From NCBI GenBank assembly GCA_944389385.1, contig CALXMC010000004.1, positions 8,254 to 72,253 on the forward strand: a stretch of 64,000 nt of DNA, given 5' to 3'. Shown in pieces: positions 49,031 to 58,792 of this stretch. The position numbers and the translations under genes are program-made. The notes beneath the pieces were generated by a model, which searched no databases, was not told the DNA's origin, and was given only the letters and a program-made list of their open reading frames with translations. How positions within the stretch are numbered: the first letter of the stretch is position 1; each line of letters starts with the position of its first letter. Origin of the DNA: an uncultured Alphaproteobacteria bacterium. Its GTDB lineage: Bacteria > Pseudomonadota > Alphaproteobacteria > Rs-D84.

Positions 49031-50544
49031 ACCCCATATTTACCACGATTTATTGGTCGGTATGATAATGCCTCGGCCAAATCGGGCATTTCAATATTTT
49101 CCGCCCCGCGCAGATCCGCAATCGTTCGCGCAATGCGTTTTATACGATTGTACCCACGGGCAGACATTCCCATTTTTTCAGCGGCATTATTCAAAAATTC
49201 GGTTAATTCGGCCGATAATGGTGCGGCCGCATCCAAAGCCGCACCATCCAGGCGTGCGTTTGGCATTCCCTGACGCGCGATTTGGCGATTGCGTGCGGCA
49301 ACAACGCGCACGCGAATTTGCGCAGACGTTTCAACCGGCGCGTCGTCGTTTTTATTCATATCCCACGGATTAACCGCATCAACATCAACGTGTAAATCTA
49401 TTCTGTCCAATAATGGGCCGGAAATTTTGTTTTGATATGCCTCGGCACATCTGGGGGCACGTGAACAAGACAGCGCGGCATTCCCCAAATGCCCACACGG
49501 GCACGGATTCATTGCGGCAATCAACTGGAACCGTGCGGGATAGGTCGCGGTGCGCTTTGCACGCGCAACCATGATTTTGCCAGCCTCCATCGGTTGGCGT
49601 AAAATTTCCAAAGTTGCGCGATTAAATTCAGGCAACTCGTCCAAAAACAAAACGCCATTATGTGCCAACGATATTTCGCCTGGGCGCGCATCCGCACCGC
49701 CGCCCGCCAGTGATACTGCGCTGGACGTATGATGAACGCTGCGGAATGGGCGCGTGGTGATTAAAGATTTGCCGTTTAATTGACCTGCGATGGAATAAAT
49801 TATAGATGTTTCCAAAATTTCATCAGGCGTCATTTCGGGCAATATGGTCGGCAATCGCGATGCCAACATAGTTTTCCCAGACCCCGGCGGCCCAACCATT
49901 AACATCGCGTGTCCGCCGGCCGCGGCGATTTCCAAGGCGCGCTTTGCGGCGGCCTGGCCATGAACCTCGGCCATATCGATGTGCATGGCGGGCGTGGCGT
50001 CAATTGCCGACATCTGGGGCAGGGGTAAAATTTGAGTGCCTTTGAAATGATTTATTATTTCCAGCACGTGAAACGGCGCAAGTATATTGGTGTGTCCCGC
50101 CCATCGGGCCTCGGCCCCTTGATCGCCGGGACATATTATCCCAAGGTTATGTTGATTTGCCCAAACACTGGCGGGTAATACGCCGTCTGTTTTAACGATT
50201 GCGCCATTCAGACCGACTTCGCCAATAATGATATATTTTGCCAATTCGTCTTCGGGCAATACCCCCATCGCGCACAGAATGCCGCACAGTATCGGTAAAT
50301 CAAAATGAGATCCTGATTTTTCCACGTCCGCCGGCGATAAATTAACAGTCAATTTTTTCGGCGGCATAGATATGTTTAATGCGGCCAACACATTGCGAAT
50401 GCGCTCGGCGGATTCTTTGACCGCGCGATCCGCCAACCCGATTATGTTAAATTCAGGCTTGGCCAATCCGGCTGACAATTGCACCTGGACATCTATGGGT
50501 GTTGCGTCCATTCCATTAAATATGATTGAATTCAAAGAAATCAT
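49024..50544 (-). CDS. comM: YifB/ComM-family Mg-chelatase-like AAA+ ATPase
   Basis: N-terminal Lon-like domain. Walker A GPPGSGKT. Sensor and arginine-finger context typical of the YifB family. 506 aa. Confidence 0.8.
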   Translation of the reverse strand: MISLNSIIFNGMDATPIDVQVQLSAGLAKPEFNIIGLADRAVKESAERIRNVLAALNISMPPKKLTVNLSPADVEKSGSHFDLPILCGILCAMGVLPEDELAKYIIIGEVGLNGAIVKTDGVLPASVWANQHNLGIICPGDQGAEARWAGHTNILAPFHVLEIINHFKGTQILPLPQMSAIDATPAMHIDMAEVHGQAAAKRALEIAAAGGHAMLMVGPPGSGKTMLASRLPTILPEMTPDEILETSIIYSIAGQLNGKSLITTRPFRSVHHTSSAVSLAGGGADARPGEISLAHNGVLFLDELPEFNRATLEILRQPMEAGKIMVARAKRTATYPARFQLIAAMNPCPCGHLGNAALSCSRAPRCAEAYQNKISGPLLDRIDLHVDVDAVNPWDMNKNDDAPVETSAQIRVRVVAARNRQIARQGMPNARLDGAALDAAAPLSAELTEFLNNAAEKMGMSARGYNRIKRIARTIADLRGAENIEMPDLAEALSYRPINRGKYGVK

Positions 50545-50619
50545 ATTTGCATATTAAAACTTGCGCAACGTCAATTCAAGTTATAAAATACTGCGAACGA
50601 AAAGGGGATTAAATACACT

Positions 50620-51507
50620 ATGCCATTAAAAAAGAAGACAAATGTCGCGCGCGATTGGTTTAATACCATATTTTATGGTGTGCTGATTGCCATCGCGTTC
50701 CGCAGTTTTTTGCTGGAACCGTTTAATATTCCATCTGGGTCAATGATACCAACGTTGCATGTTGGCGATCATATTTTTGTGGAAAAATGGCCGTATGGAT
50801 ATTCGCGTTATTCGTTCCCATTTGGGTCGTGGCATTTGTGGAACGGGCGATTTTTTGGGCACGAACCTGAAATTGGCGACGTTATTGTTTTTCGTAATCC
50901 GATTAACGAATCCCAGGATTATGTTAAACGCTTAATCGGCAAACCGGGCGATACAATCCAGATGATGGACGGCCGCCTGTATATAAACGGCGAAATAGTG
51001 CCACGTGAAAATCCGCGCCCGTACGTAATCGCGACTTTGCCACGCGCATTGCGCAGTGCGGGCTATCATATCCCAGAAAAAAATATGGTGATAAAGGGTA
51101 ACAAAGTCTGGGTGGATAACAAGCCCGCTGAATTCGGATATACAATTGAATACAAAGACGATAAATTCTGTCGGGCAAACGAATGGGCGTGTGGTGTATT
51201 TATGGCAACTGAATACACAGAAACATTGCCGAACGGCGTTTCACACAGCATTGTTGAAATGGCGGATGATGCACCATTGGATAATACGATGTTATTTACA
51301 GTTCCTGAAAATCATTACTTTTTCATGGGCGATAACCGTGACAACAGTGGCGACAGCCGCGCTGACATTGGCTATGTTCCGCGTGATAATGTTTTGGGAC
51401 CTGTGTGGTTTATATGGTATTCGCACAATTATTATTCGTCTATGTGGGCCGTATGGAATTGGGGACACAAGATGCGCTGGGACAGAATTGGCATGGGGAT
51501 AGATTAA
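50620..51507 (+). CDS. lepB: Signal peptidase I
   Basis: SGSMIPTL (box B serine). GDNRDNSGDSR (box E). N-terminal TM. Confidence 0.85.
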   Translation: MPLKKKTNVARDWFNTIFYGVLIAIAFRSFLLEPFNIPSGSMIPTLHVGDHIFVEKWPYGYSRYSFPFGSWHLWNGRFFGHEPEIGDVIVFRNPINESQDYVKRLIGKPGDTIQMMDGRLYINGEIVPRENPRPYVIATLPRALRSAGYHIPEKNMVIKGNKVWVDNKPAEFGYTIEYKDDKFCRANEWACGVFMATEYTETLPNGVSHSIVEMADDAPLDNTMLFTVPENHYFFMGDNRDNSGDSRADIGYVPRDNVLGPVWFIWYSHNYYSSMWAVWNWGHKMRWDRIGMGID

Positions 51508-51508
51508 C

Positions 51509-52141
51509 GTGATGAAATTAAAATATGATTTCAAAAATCCAGAATTACTGGAATTGGCATTAACGCAAAGCGGCGCGGACGCGGTGCATAATAACGAGCG
51601 GTTGGAATTTGTTGGCGACCGCGTATTGGGGTTGTCTGTGGCGACGTTGCTGTACGATATGTTCCCGGCCGAGCACGAGGGCGAATTGGCGCGTCGTCAT
51701 GCTATGTTGGTATCGACGGATACATTGGCGCGTGTCGCGACCGAGTTGGGTTTGGATAAAAAAATTCATCATGGCCACATGACTGCAGGGCGCATGAAAC
51801 ATATTTGTGCCAACGCGATGGAGGCTGTCTTTGGTGCAATCTTTATCGACGGCGGGTTTGAAGTGGCACGGAAAATCATTGTTGATATATGGCGCGATTT
51901 GGCTGCGGCCGACGTTGTTGCACCCAAAGATGCCAAAACTGCGTTACAGGAATATGTGCAAAAACATGCAGCCGGCGCATTACCGGAATACGAATATTTG
52001 GCGCAAACCGGCGCATCGCACAAACCAACATTTAACGTGCGTGTGACGGCCATGGGGCAAAGCGCGGATGGGTGTGGTACATCCAAAAAGACGGCCAGTA
52101 TTGCCGCCGCAGACGCGTTGCTGAAAAAACTTGCAATTTAG
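51509..52141 (+). CDS. rnc: Ribonuclease III
   Basis: RNase III signature ERLEFVGDRVLG. C-terminal dsRBD. Adjacent to lepB as in many bacteria. Confidence 0.85.
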   Translation: MMKLKYDFKNPELLELALTQSGADAVHNNERLEFVGDRVLGLSVATLLYDMFPAEHEGELARRHAMLVSTDTLARVATELGLDKKIHHGHMTAGRMKHICANAMEAVFGAIFIDGGFEVARKIIVDIWRDLAAADVVAPKDAKTALQEYVQKHAAGALPEYEYLAQTGASHKPTFNVRVTAMGQSADGCGTSKKTASIAAADALLKKLAI

Positions 52142-52183
52142 GCTTTTGGTATATAAAATAGTCGCAAATTAAAGGGTTATTAT

Positions 52184-52549
52184 ATGTTTACAATTTTATT
52201 GGTTTTGTTAATCATCGTCGCGATTTTGATGACGGGCATCATTTTGTTACAAAAGTCCGAGGGCAGCGGTATGTCCGGTTCGTCCGCGGCATCTATGTTT
52301 GGTGGTGTGCTGACTGGTGCGGCGGCTGGGAATTTTTTAACACGTGCGACGGCATGGTTGGCGACAATATTTTTCGTGTTGTGCGCATTGTTGGCGTTGG
52401 TGTCGGCAAAATCAGACATGGCAACCCAACAAAGCGGTCTGCGTGACGAATTGGTACAGCAGGCCGGCGCCCCCGTGCAATCTGCAATACCGGCCGCGAC
52501 AACGGAATCAGAACCTGTGCCAACACCGGTGGAATCTGAAAATCAGTAA
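52184..52549 (+). CDS. secG: Preprotein translocase subunit SecG
   Basis: MFTILLVLLIIVAILMTGIILLQKSEGSGMSGSS...FGG matches the SecG N-terminal helix and Gly-rich loop. Confidence 0.75.
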   Translation: MFTILLVLLIIVAILMTGIILLQKSEGSGMSGSSAASMFGGVLTGAAAGNFLTRATAWLATIFFVLCALLALVSAKSDMATQQSGLRDELVQQAGAPVQSAIPAATTESEPVPTPVESENQ

Positions 52550-52550
52550 T

Positions 52551-52583
52551 AAAAAATCCCGCAATCGCGGGATTTTTTTATTT
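52551..52583 (+). terminator. Rho-independent terminator after secG
   Basis: AAAAAATCCCGCAATCGCGGGATTTTTTTATTT. Confidence 0.6.
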
Positions 52584-52593
52584 ACCAAATTAT

Positions 52594-52863
52594 TTATTTC
52601 TTGGATGTTTTTTTGGATGCTGTCTTTTTCGCAGGCGATTTTTTTACCGTTGCACTTACCGTGCGTTTGCCGGAAAAAACATCGCGAAATGCGCGATACA
52701 ATGCCGCGCCACACGCGTATGCAACCAATGCGCTTAATGCCGTAATCAGACCGGGAATCAACCCGTCTGAAAAATATGCAAAGAATATCACGGCAACAAT
52801 CAGCACGATTGTATAGCCCAGATTTTTACCAAAAACATTCAAGATTTTTTCAAAAGTTGTCAT
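52594..52863 (-). CDS. Small membrane protein with lysine-rich C-terminal tail
   Basis: 89 aa. Two hydrophobic helices. KKSPAKKTASKKTSKK tail. Confidence 0.4.
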   Translation of the reverse strand: MTTFEKILNVFGKNLGYTIVLIVAVIFFAYFSDGLIPGLITALSALVAYACGAALYRAFRDVFSGKRTVSATVKKSPAKKTASKKTSKK

Positions 52864-52975
52864 ATTTTATCCCTCTCGCTTGGATGGTTGTATTATACCA
52901 TATTTGTGATAAAAAGTCCATAAAAAACGGCTGTATAAATACAACCGTTTTTATTTTCAGGGGAAACTGGTAAAA

Positions 52976-53707
52976 TTATAAAATCACTTGGCCGCCAATA
53001 CGTGCGTTGCGCGGAATTGGGCCAAACGATGAATCTGGCGTAACATATATATTGCCTGTTACTGTAAATTCGCCTGCGAATTGCAACATGCCCAAATTAC
53101 GCAAGAACAAGTTACCGCGTACGACAACGCCACGTGGCAATATGAATTTGCGAATATGTTGAATATATAAATTTCCATTAACAACGTCGCCCGCGCGTAA
53201 TATCGGCGCAGCGCCATCGCTGTCGATGATAATGTCGCCATACATATTGCGGCCAACACGTGCCGTTTGACGTTCAACCACAGGATCGATTTTTTGCGAC
53301 TTAATGATTACAGGTTCGTTAATTAAACCACCGTGTATGTCGCGTTCCATTGGCAAAGACACAACTTTTTTAACTGAACGAACGATGTTTTTTTGTTCGT
53401 GATTATCGGCGCATACGTTGATTTCAGGTACTGGATTTTGTTTAATAATAACAACAGGTTTTTTATTATATCCGACAAAATCCATAATCAGCATAGAAAA
53501 TAAAACAATGATTGCGCACAACAGGGTAATATTAACCAATCCAATTAAATCTATGCAACAAATCCAACGCCATACCGCACAAAATGGTGCGCAAATGACG
53601 TGCCAAACACGTCCAAAAAATGATGCCCCGCCACCAGCCGTGCGTTTTTTTTCGTTGCGACGTTCCATTTTACGGGCCGCCGCCTTTACTTTCAGTGCAT
53701 TGAACAT
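52976..53707 (-). CDS. Hypothetical membrane-anchored protein with beta-helix-like repeats
   Basis: 243 aa. Internal TM. C-terminal repetitive hydrophobic/Gly/Asn pattern (GNLYIQ...GNLFLRNLG...GNIYVT). Confidence 0.4.
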   Translation of the reverse strand: MFNALKVKAAARKMERRNEKKRTAGGGASFFGRVWHVICAPFCAVWRWICCIDLIGLVNITLLCAIIVLFSMLIMDFVGYNKKPVVIIKQNPVPEINVCADNHEQKNIVRSVKKVVSLPMERDIHGGLINEPVIIKSQKIDPVVERQTARVGRNMYGDIIIDSDGAAPILRAGDVVNGNLYIQHIRKFILPRGVVVRGNLFLRNLGMLQFAGEFTVTGNIYVTPDSSFGPIPRNARIGGQVIL

Positions 53708-53834
53708 AAATTAACCCTTTTTTTGTTTATATTATGTCCCAAAAAATACATTTGTCAAGTATTTTTGTCAATTATTTTGTCAATTTGATATAGTTTGACT
53801 GGCATTTCGGATTGAATTATGATGTACAGATACA

Positions 53835-54569
53835 ATGCGGTTAAAATACGTTGTTTGTTTATTGGTTTTGTCGGGATGTGCGGGCGCAAATTGGCGTGCG
53901 CCTGCGGATTTTATGCCGATAACAATTAACGCCGGTATTTTTGAAATTGCCACATTGCAAAAAACGACCAACCAATCCGATCCAATACATATTTATTTAG
54001 AGGGTGATGGCCACGCGTTTGATGGGCGTGGTGTGCCAACCCGCGACCCAACACCGCGCGAGACATTTTTGCGCGAATTGGCGACATCTGATGCGTCGGC
54101 AAATGTTGTGTATATGGCGCGCCCGTGTCAGTATATAATGTCGCCCGCGTGCGATGTATCTGATTGGACAGACGGGCGATTTTCGCCACAAGTAATCGAA
54201 TCCGCCGCCACGGCAATCAAGCAAATTGCCGGCACGCGCCCGATAATTTTGGTTGGATATTCAGGTGGCGCATTATTATCTGGATTGGTAATTGAAAAAT
54301 ACCCAGAATTAAACGTAAAAAAATGGATTACAATTGCAGGGGTTTTGAATCACAGTGATTGGACGGATTTTTTCGGCGACAGCCCGCTGACACATTCGAT
54401 AAACATGAATGTATTGCCGCGTGTGCATCAGTTGCATTATGCGGCCGAAAACGACAAAACAGTGCCAAATTCATTAACAATGCAATGGACGGGCGGGGCG
54501 GATACGATAATCATTCCGAACGCCACACACGATGATTTTGAAGATTTAATATTGGATTTTTCATATTAA
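53835..54569 (+). CDS. Lipoprotein, alpha/beta-hydrolase-like (GxSxG)
   Basis: Lipobox LVLSGC. GYSGG nucleophile elbow. 244 aa. Confidence 0.5.
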   Translation: MRLKYVVCLLVLSGCAGANWRAPADFMPITINAGIFEIATLQKTTNQSDPIHIYLEGDGHAFDGRGVPTRDPTPRETFLRELATSDASANVVYMARPCQYIMSPACDVSDWTDGRFSPQVIESAATAIKQIAGTRPIILVGYSGGALLSGLVIEKYPELNVKKWITIAGVLNHSDWTDFFGDSPLTHSINMNVLPRVHQLHYAAENDKTVPNSLTMQWTGGADTIIIPNATHDDFEDLILDFSY

Positions 54570-54580
54570 GTTATGTAATA

Positions 54581-54615
54581 AAAAAAAAACGGGGCGAATG
54601 CCCCGTTTTTTTACA
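54581..54615. terminator. Bidirectional rho-independent terminator
   Basis: AAAAAAAAAACGGGGCGAATGCCCCGTTTTTTTAC between the hydrolase gene and the groEL stop. Confidence 0.6.
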
Positions 54616-56227
54616 TCATTCCCGGCATGCCGCCACCCATTTGCGGTGCGGGTTTTTCTTCTGGGATTTCAGACATAACCGCGCCCGTGGTCAATAACAC
54701 GCCCGCGGTGCTGGCCGCAGCCTGGATAGCTGTTTTAACAACCTTGGCCGGGTCGATAATGCCTGATTTCATCATATCGACATATTCGCCGGTCTGGGCG
54801 TTATAACCCATGTTGTAATCTTTTGCTTCCATAACTTTGCCAACAACAATTTCGCCGGACACGCCCGCGTTTTCAGCAATTTGGGCGCACGGTGCAACCA
54901 AAGCACGACGTACGATGTCGATACCGACGTCTTGGTCTGCATTTGTGCCGTGTAATTTTTCCAACGCAGCCGTCGCACGAACTAACGCGATACCACCGCC
55001 GGCAACGATACCTTCGGCCACAGCCGCACGTGTTGCCGCCAAAGCGTCATCAACGCGGTCTTTCTTTTCTTTAACTTCGACTTCGGTCATGCCGCCGACT
55101 TTGATAACTGCGACACCACCGACCAATTTAGCCAACCGTTCTGCCAATTTTTCACGGTCATAATCGCTGGTTGATGTTGAAATCAGTTTGCGAATTTCGT
55201 CTGCACGGGCCGCAATTGCGGATTTGTCGCCACCGCCCTGAGCCAACAGAGTTGAATCTTTTGTAATAACGATTTTTTTCGCAGTCCCCAAAACATCAGT
55301 TGTGATATTTTCGAACGTCATACCCATATCATCGGATACAACCGTCGCGCCGGTAACGGCCGCGATATCCTTTAACATTTCTTTGCGTCTGTCGCCGAAA
55401 CCTGGGGCTTTGACCGCGCAAACTTTTAATCCGCCACGCAGTTTATTCAAAACCAAAGTTGCCAATGCTTCGGATTCAACATCTTCGGCAATAATCAACA
55501 ACGGTCGACCAGATTGCGCAACGGGCTCTAAAATCGGCAATAATGCTTGCAGCCCGGAAATTTTCTTTTCAGAAACCAAGATTTGTGCGCCATCCAATTC
55601 AGCCAACATTTTTTCACTGTTGGTAACGAAATAGGGCGACATAAAACCTTGGTCGAATTGCATACCTTCGACGACGTCGATTTCAGTATCCAATCCTTTG
55701 GCTTCTTCGACGGTGATAACGCCTTCTTTGCCGACTTTTTCCATCGCGCCCGCGATTTTTTCGCCAATATCAGCATCACTGTTTGCGGATATGGTCGCAA
55801 CCTGGGCAATTTCAGCACTGTCTTTGACTGGGCGGGCATGCTTTTCAATGTCGGCCACAACCGCAGCAGTTGCCATATCTATACCGCGTTTGACATCCAT
55901 CGGATTCATACCTGCGGCGATAACACGGCGACCCTCACGGATGATTTTTTGCGCCAACACAGTCGCGGTTGTCGTACCATCGCCTGCATCATCGCCGGCC
56001 TTTTTTGCGACTTCTTGGATCATACGTGCGCCAATATTTTCCTGGGGGTCTTTCAGTGACACAGCCTTGGCCACGGTGACGCCGTCTTTGGTTGCAGTCG
56101 GCGCGCCGTATGATTTGTCAATTACCACTGTGCGACCCTTGGGCCCCATTGTAATTTTGACGGCATTGGCCAGTTTATCGACACCTGCCGCCAGTTTATC
56201 TGTATCAAAAACAATTTCTTTTGCCAT
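54611..56227 (-). CDS. groEL: Chaperonin GroEL
   Basis: MAKEIVFD... N-terminus. [12 protein letters not shown]-terminal GGM repeats (MGGGMPGMM). Confidence 0.95.
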   Translation of the reverse strand: MAKEIVFDTDKLAAGVDKLANAVKITMGPKGRTVVIDKSYGAPTATKDGVTVAKAVSLKDPQENIGARMIQEVAKKAGDDAGDGTTTATVLAQKIIREGRRVIAAGMNPMDVKRGIDMATAAVVADIEKHARPVKDSAEIAQVATISANSDADIGEKIAGAMEKVGKEGVITVEEAKGLDTEIDVVEGMQFDQGFMSPYFVTNSEKMLAELDGAQILVSEKKISGLQALLPILEPVAQSGRPLLIIAEDVESEALATLVLNKLRGGLKVCAVKAPGFGDRRKEMLKDIAAVTGATVVSDDMGMTFENITTDVLGTAKKIVITKDSTLLAQGGGDKSAIAARADEIRKLISTSTSDYDREKLAERLAKLVGGVAVIKVGGMTEVEVKEKKDRVDDALAATRAAVAEGIVAGGGIALVRATAALEKLHGTNADQDVGIDIVRRALVAPCAQIAENAGVSGEIVVGKVMEAKDYNMGYNAQTGEYVDMMKSGIIDPAKVVKTAIQAAASTAGVLLTTGAVMSEIPEEKPAPQMGGGMPGMM

Positions 56228-56242
56228 AATCAAATCCTTTTG

Positions 56243-56530
56243 TTATTCCAAAATTCCCAAAATATCAGTTTCTTTGATTAACACATAATCTTTGCCATCG
56301 ATTTTAACTTCGTTCGCAGAAGATGCCCATTTCGCAAACAGCACCACATCACCGACTTTGACCGTCATGGGCACGCGATCATCGCCATCAAATGCGCCGT
56401 CGCCCACCGCGATAACACGTCCGCGTGATGGTTTTTCTTTCGCATTATCAGGAATAATAATTCCGCCGGCTGTTTTATTTTCTTCTTCCATACGTTCCAA
56501 CAGAACATAGTTATGCAAAGGTTTGAACAT
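56243..56530 (-). CDS. groES: Co-chaperonin GroES
   Basis: 95 aa. [17 protein letters not shown]...GIIIPD mobile-loop region. Directly upstream of groEL. Confidence 0.9.
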   Translation of the reverse strand: MFKPLHNYVLLERMEEENKTAGGIIIPDNAKEKPSRGRVIAVGDGAFDGDDRVPMTVKVGDVVLFAKWASSANEVKIDGKDYVLIKETDILGILE

Positions 56531-56569
56531 TTTTTATTCTCCTTTTTATGTCTTAAAACTTTGTCAGGT

Positions 56570-56601
56570 GTGTATATAGTGCGGTGCATCGGCATTTCAA
56601 G
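56570..56601 (-). promoter_or_regulatory. Sigma32-like heat-shock promoter upstream of groES
   Basis: Minus strand: CTTGAAA, 15 nt, CTATATAC. Compared with the alphaproteobacterial RpoH consensus CTTGAA-N16-CCCCATNT as I recall it. No CIRCE element seen. Confidence 0.35.
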
Positions 56602-56658
56602 TGCTTGATTTTATGCCTTGGTTGTAATACGCTTGGGCATACAGACAGGGGGTAAATT

Positions 56659-57006
56659 ATGTACGATAAAGACAATATTTTTGCAAAAATCATCCGTGGC
56701 GATGCGCCATCAACACAAATCTATGCCGATGATTACGCCATCGCTTTCCAAAACATTGCGCCGCGTGCGAAAACGCATGTTTTGGTTGTGCCACGTGGCG
56801 AATATACCGATATATACGATTTTACCGCGAACGCGCCCGCCGATGCCCAGGCCGGTTTTTGGAACGCGGTGCGTAAAACTGTGGAAAAATTGGGGATTGA
56901 AAATAATTTCCGCGCGGTTGCAAACACAGGTGCCGGCGCGGGTCAAAGCGTGTTTCATTTTCATGTACATATTATGAGTGATGAACGATTCAAAACGGAC
57001 TTTTAA
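56659..57006 (+). CDS. HIT-family (histidine triad) protein
   Basis: HFHVHIM histidine-triad motif near the C-terminus. 115 aa. Confidence 0.8.
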   Translation: MYDKDNIFAKIIRGDAPSTQIYADDYAIAFQNIAPRAKTHVLVVPRGEYTDIYDFTANAPADAQAGFWNAVRKTVEKLGIENNFRAVANTGAGAGQSVFHFHVHIMSDERFKTDF

Positions 57007-57211
57007 TATTCGCGTAATACCGCGTGCGCGCAGGGATGAAATAACCGTTGATGAAAACGGCACTTTGCGCGTTCATACAACCGCCGCCCCAACAGACGGG
57101 GCGGCGAACGCGGCTGTAATAAAAATGCTGGCGAAATACTTTGACGTACCCAAATCCAGCATTCAAATTATTCGCGGCGCTGCGTCGCGTGATAAAGTCA
57201 TTCAATTTTGA
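56978..57211 (+). CDS. DUF167 (YggU-family) protein
   Basis: FNIRVIPRARRDEI...LRVHTTAAPTDGAANAAVIKMLAKYFDVPKSSIQIIRGAASRDK matches the YggU pattern. Confidence 0.6.
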   Translation: MMNDSKRTFNIRVIPRARRDEITVDENGTLRVHTTAAPTDGAANAAVIKMLAKYFDVPKSSIQIIRGAASRDKVIQF

Positions 57212-57759
57212 TATTTAATGATACGGTGGATTAAATCATTGGCTGTATTTGCGCCATGAATGTTATAATCATGGATGCTTTCGATAAATCCGTTGTTTTT
57301 CATGTGAATAAACAGACGCACAAACGGAATCCAGAACCCGGCTGTATTCAAGAAAAACAGCGGTTTTTTGGATTCGCCAATTTGCTGCATTGTCATAATA
57401 TCGGTTAATTCGTTTAATGTACCAATTCCGCCCGGCAAAATAATAAACGCGTCGGATAATTCAAACATTTTTTGTTTGCGTTCATTTACGCCATCCACGA
57501 TTTCGACCTGGACACCATTGTGCACAGGTTCTTGCTTTTCAATAACATTTGCGGTTGAAACGCCAACGACTTCGCCGCCTGCATCCAACGCAGCCGTCGC
57601 AACCGTGCCCATCAGTCCAACATCGCCGCCACCAAAGACCATGCGAATATTGTTTTTTCCCAAAAATTCGCCTATTACCGCAGCCTCTCGCGCAAAGGCG
57701 GGATTGTATCCGAATTCATGTCCGCAATATACCGCAATAGATTTTAATTTATTTCCCAT
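57202..57759 (-). CDS. LOG-family nucleotide 5'-monophosphate nucleosidase (TIGR00730-type)
   Basis: VFGGGDVGLMGTVA and PGGIGTLNEL motifs. Confidence 0.75.
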   Translation of the reverse strand: MGNKLKSIAVYCGHEFGYNPAFAREAAVIGEFLGKNNIRMVFGGGDVGLMGTVATAALDAGGEVVGVSTANVIEKQEPVHNGVQVEIVDGVNERKQKMFELSDAFIILPGGIGTLNELTDIMTMQQIGESKKPLFFLNTAGFWIPFVRLFIHMKNNGFIESIHDYNIHGANTANDLIHRIIKYQN

Positions 57760-57808
57760 AATTTATTTTCCTTTATTTTTGGAAATTATAACATAAAATA
57801 TTTGTGTT

Positions 57809-58792
57809 ATGAATCAAAACTTTTTGGATTTTATCGCAGATTACAGGGCGCATCGCATGGCTGTCGCGGTCAGTGGCGGTGTGGATTCAGTATGTCTGCT
57901 GTGTTGGTTGGCGTCCGTTGGCGCGGACATTGTGTGTCTGCATGTAAATCACGGTCTGCGCAAAAATGCGGAAACAGAAACCGATTACGTGCGCGATTTA
58001 TGTAAAAAATTGGGTGTGCCATGTAAAATCTTTTATTGGACGGATGACAAGCCTGAAACCGGAATCGAGGCCGCCGCCCGCACCGCGCGATATAAATTTA
58101 TGACGGATTTTTGCCACGAAAATAATATTGAAATTTTATTAACTGCGCACCAGGCCGATGATCAAATCGAAACATTTTTGATGAATCTGGGGCGGGGCAG
58201 TGGCCTGTACGGTTTGGCGGCGATGCGGCGCGTTACATGGCGTGACGGGATTAAAATTGTGCGCCCATTACTGTATGTGCCACGCGCGGAATTAAAAAAA
58301 TATTGTGACGATAATGGCATTAAATATTTTATGGATGAAATGAATTCAGATCCGCACTATACCCGTGTGCGCATTCGTCAAAATCGGCATTTATTATCGG
58401 AACAATTGGGCATCAGCGATGCACGCATTTTATTGGCGGTTCAAAATCTGGGTCGTGTTCGCGATGCGTTGGACGATGAAATTGCGCAAATGACGGCGTC
58501 TGTGATGACGGATACGCGTCGCGCAGTGTTTGATGAAACATTTCTGTTTGACCCGGCACCCGATATTCGGTTAAAGTTGCTTGGGACGTTAATTCAAAAA
58601 ATCGGGGGGGATGAATATCAGCCACGCTTGAATTCGTTGTCAACTGCACTAGATAAATTGCAACACGATTGTAAATTTACGTTGGGGCATTGCACAATTC
58701 GCAGACTTGGCGCGCGTATTTTAATCGTTCCCGAAGGACAAAAAACAAGTTTCAGGACAAGACATGGAAAATCAAAACCAAAATCAAAATAA
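57809..58792 (+). CDS. tilS: tRNA(Ile)-lysidine synthetase
   Basis: PP-loop SGGVDS (AVAVSGGVDSVCLL). Located immediately upstream of ftsH as in many bacteria. Confidence 0.8.
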   Translation: MNQNFLDFIADYRAHRMAVAVSGGVDSVCLLCWLASVGADIVCLHVNHGLRKNAETETDYVRDLCKKLGVPCKIFYWTDDKPETGIEAAARTARYKFMTDFCHENNIEILLTAHQADDQIETFLMNLGRGSGLYGLAAMRRVTWRDGIKIVRPLLYVPRAELKKYCDDNGIKYFMDEMNSDPHYTRVRIRQNRHLLSEQLGISDARILLAVQNLGRVRDALDDEIAQMTASVMTDTRRAVFDETFLFDPAPDIRLKLLGTLIQKIGGDEYQPRLNSLSTALDKLQHDCKFTLGHCTIRRLGARILIVPEGQKTSFRTRHGKSKPKSK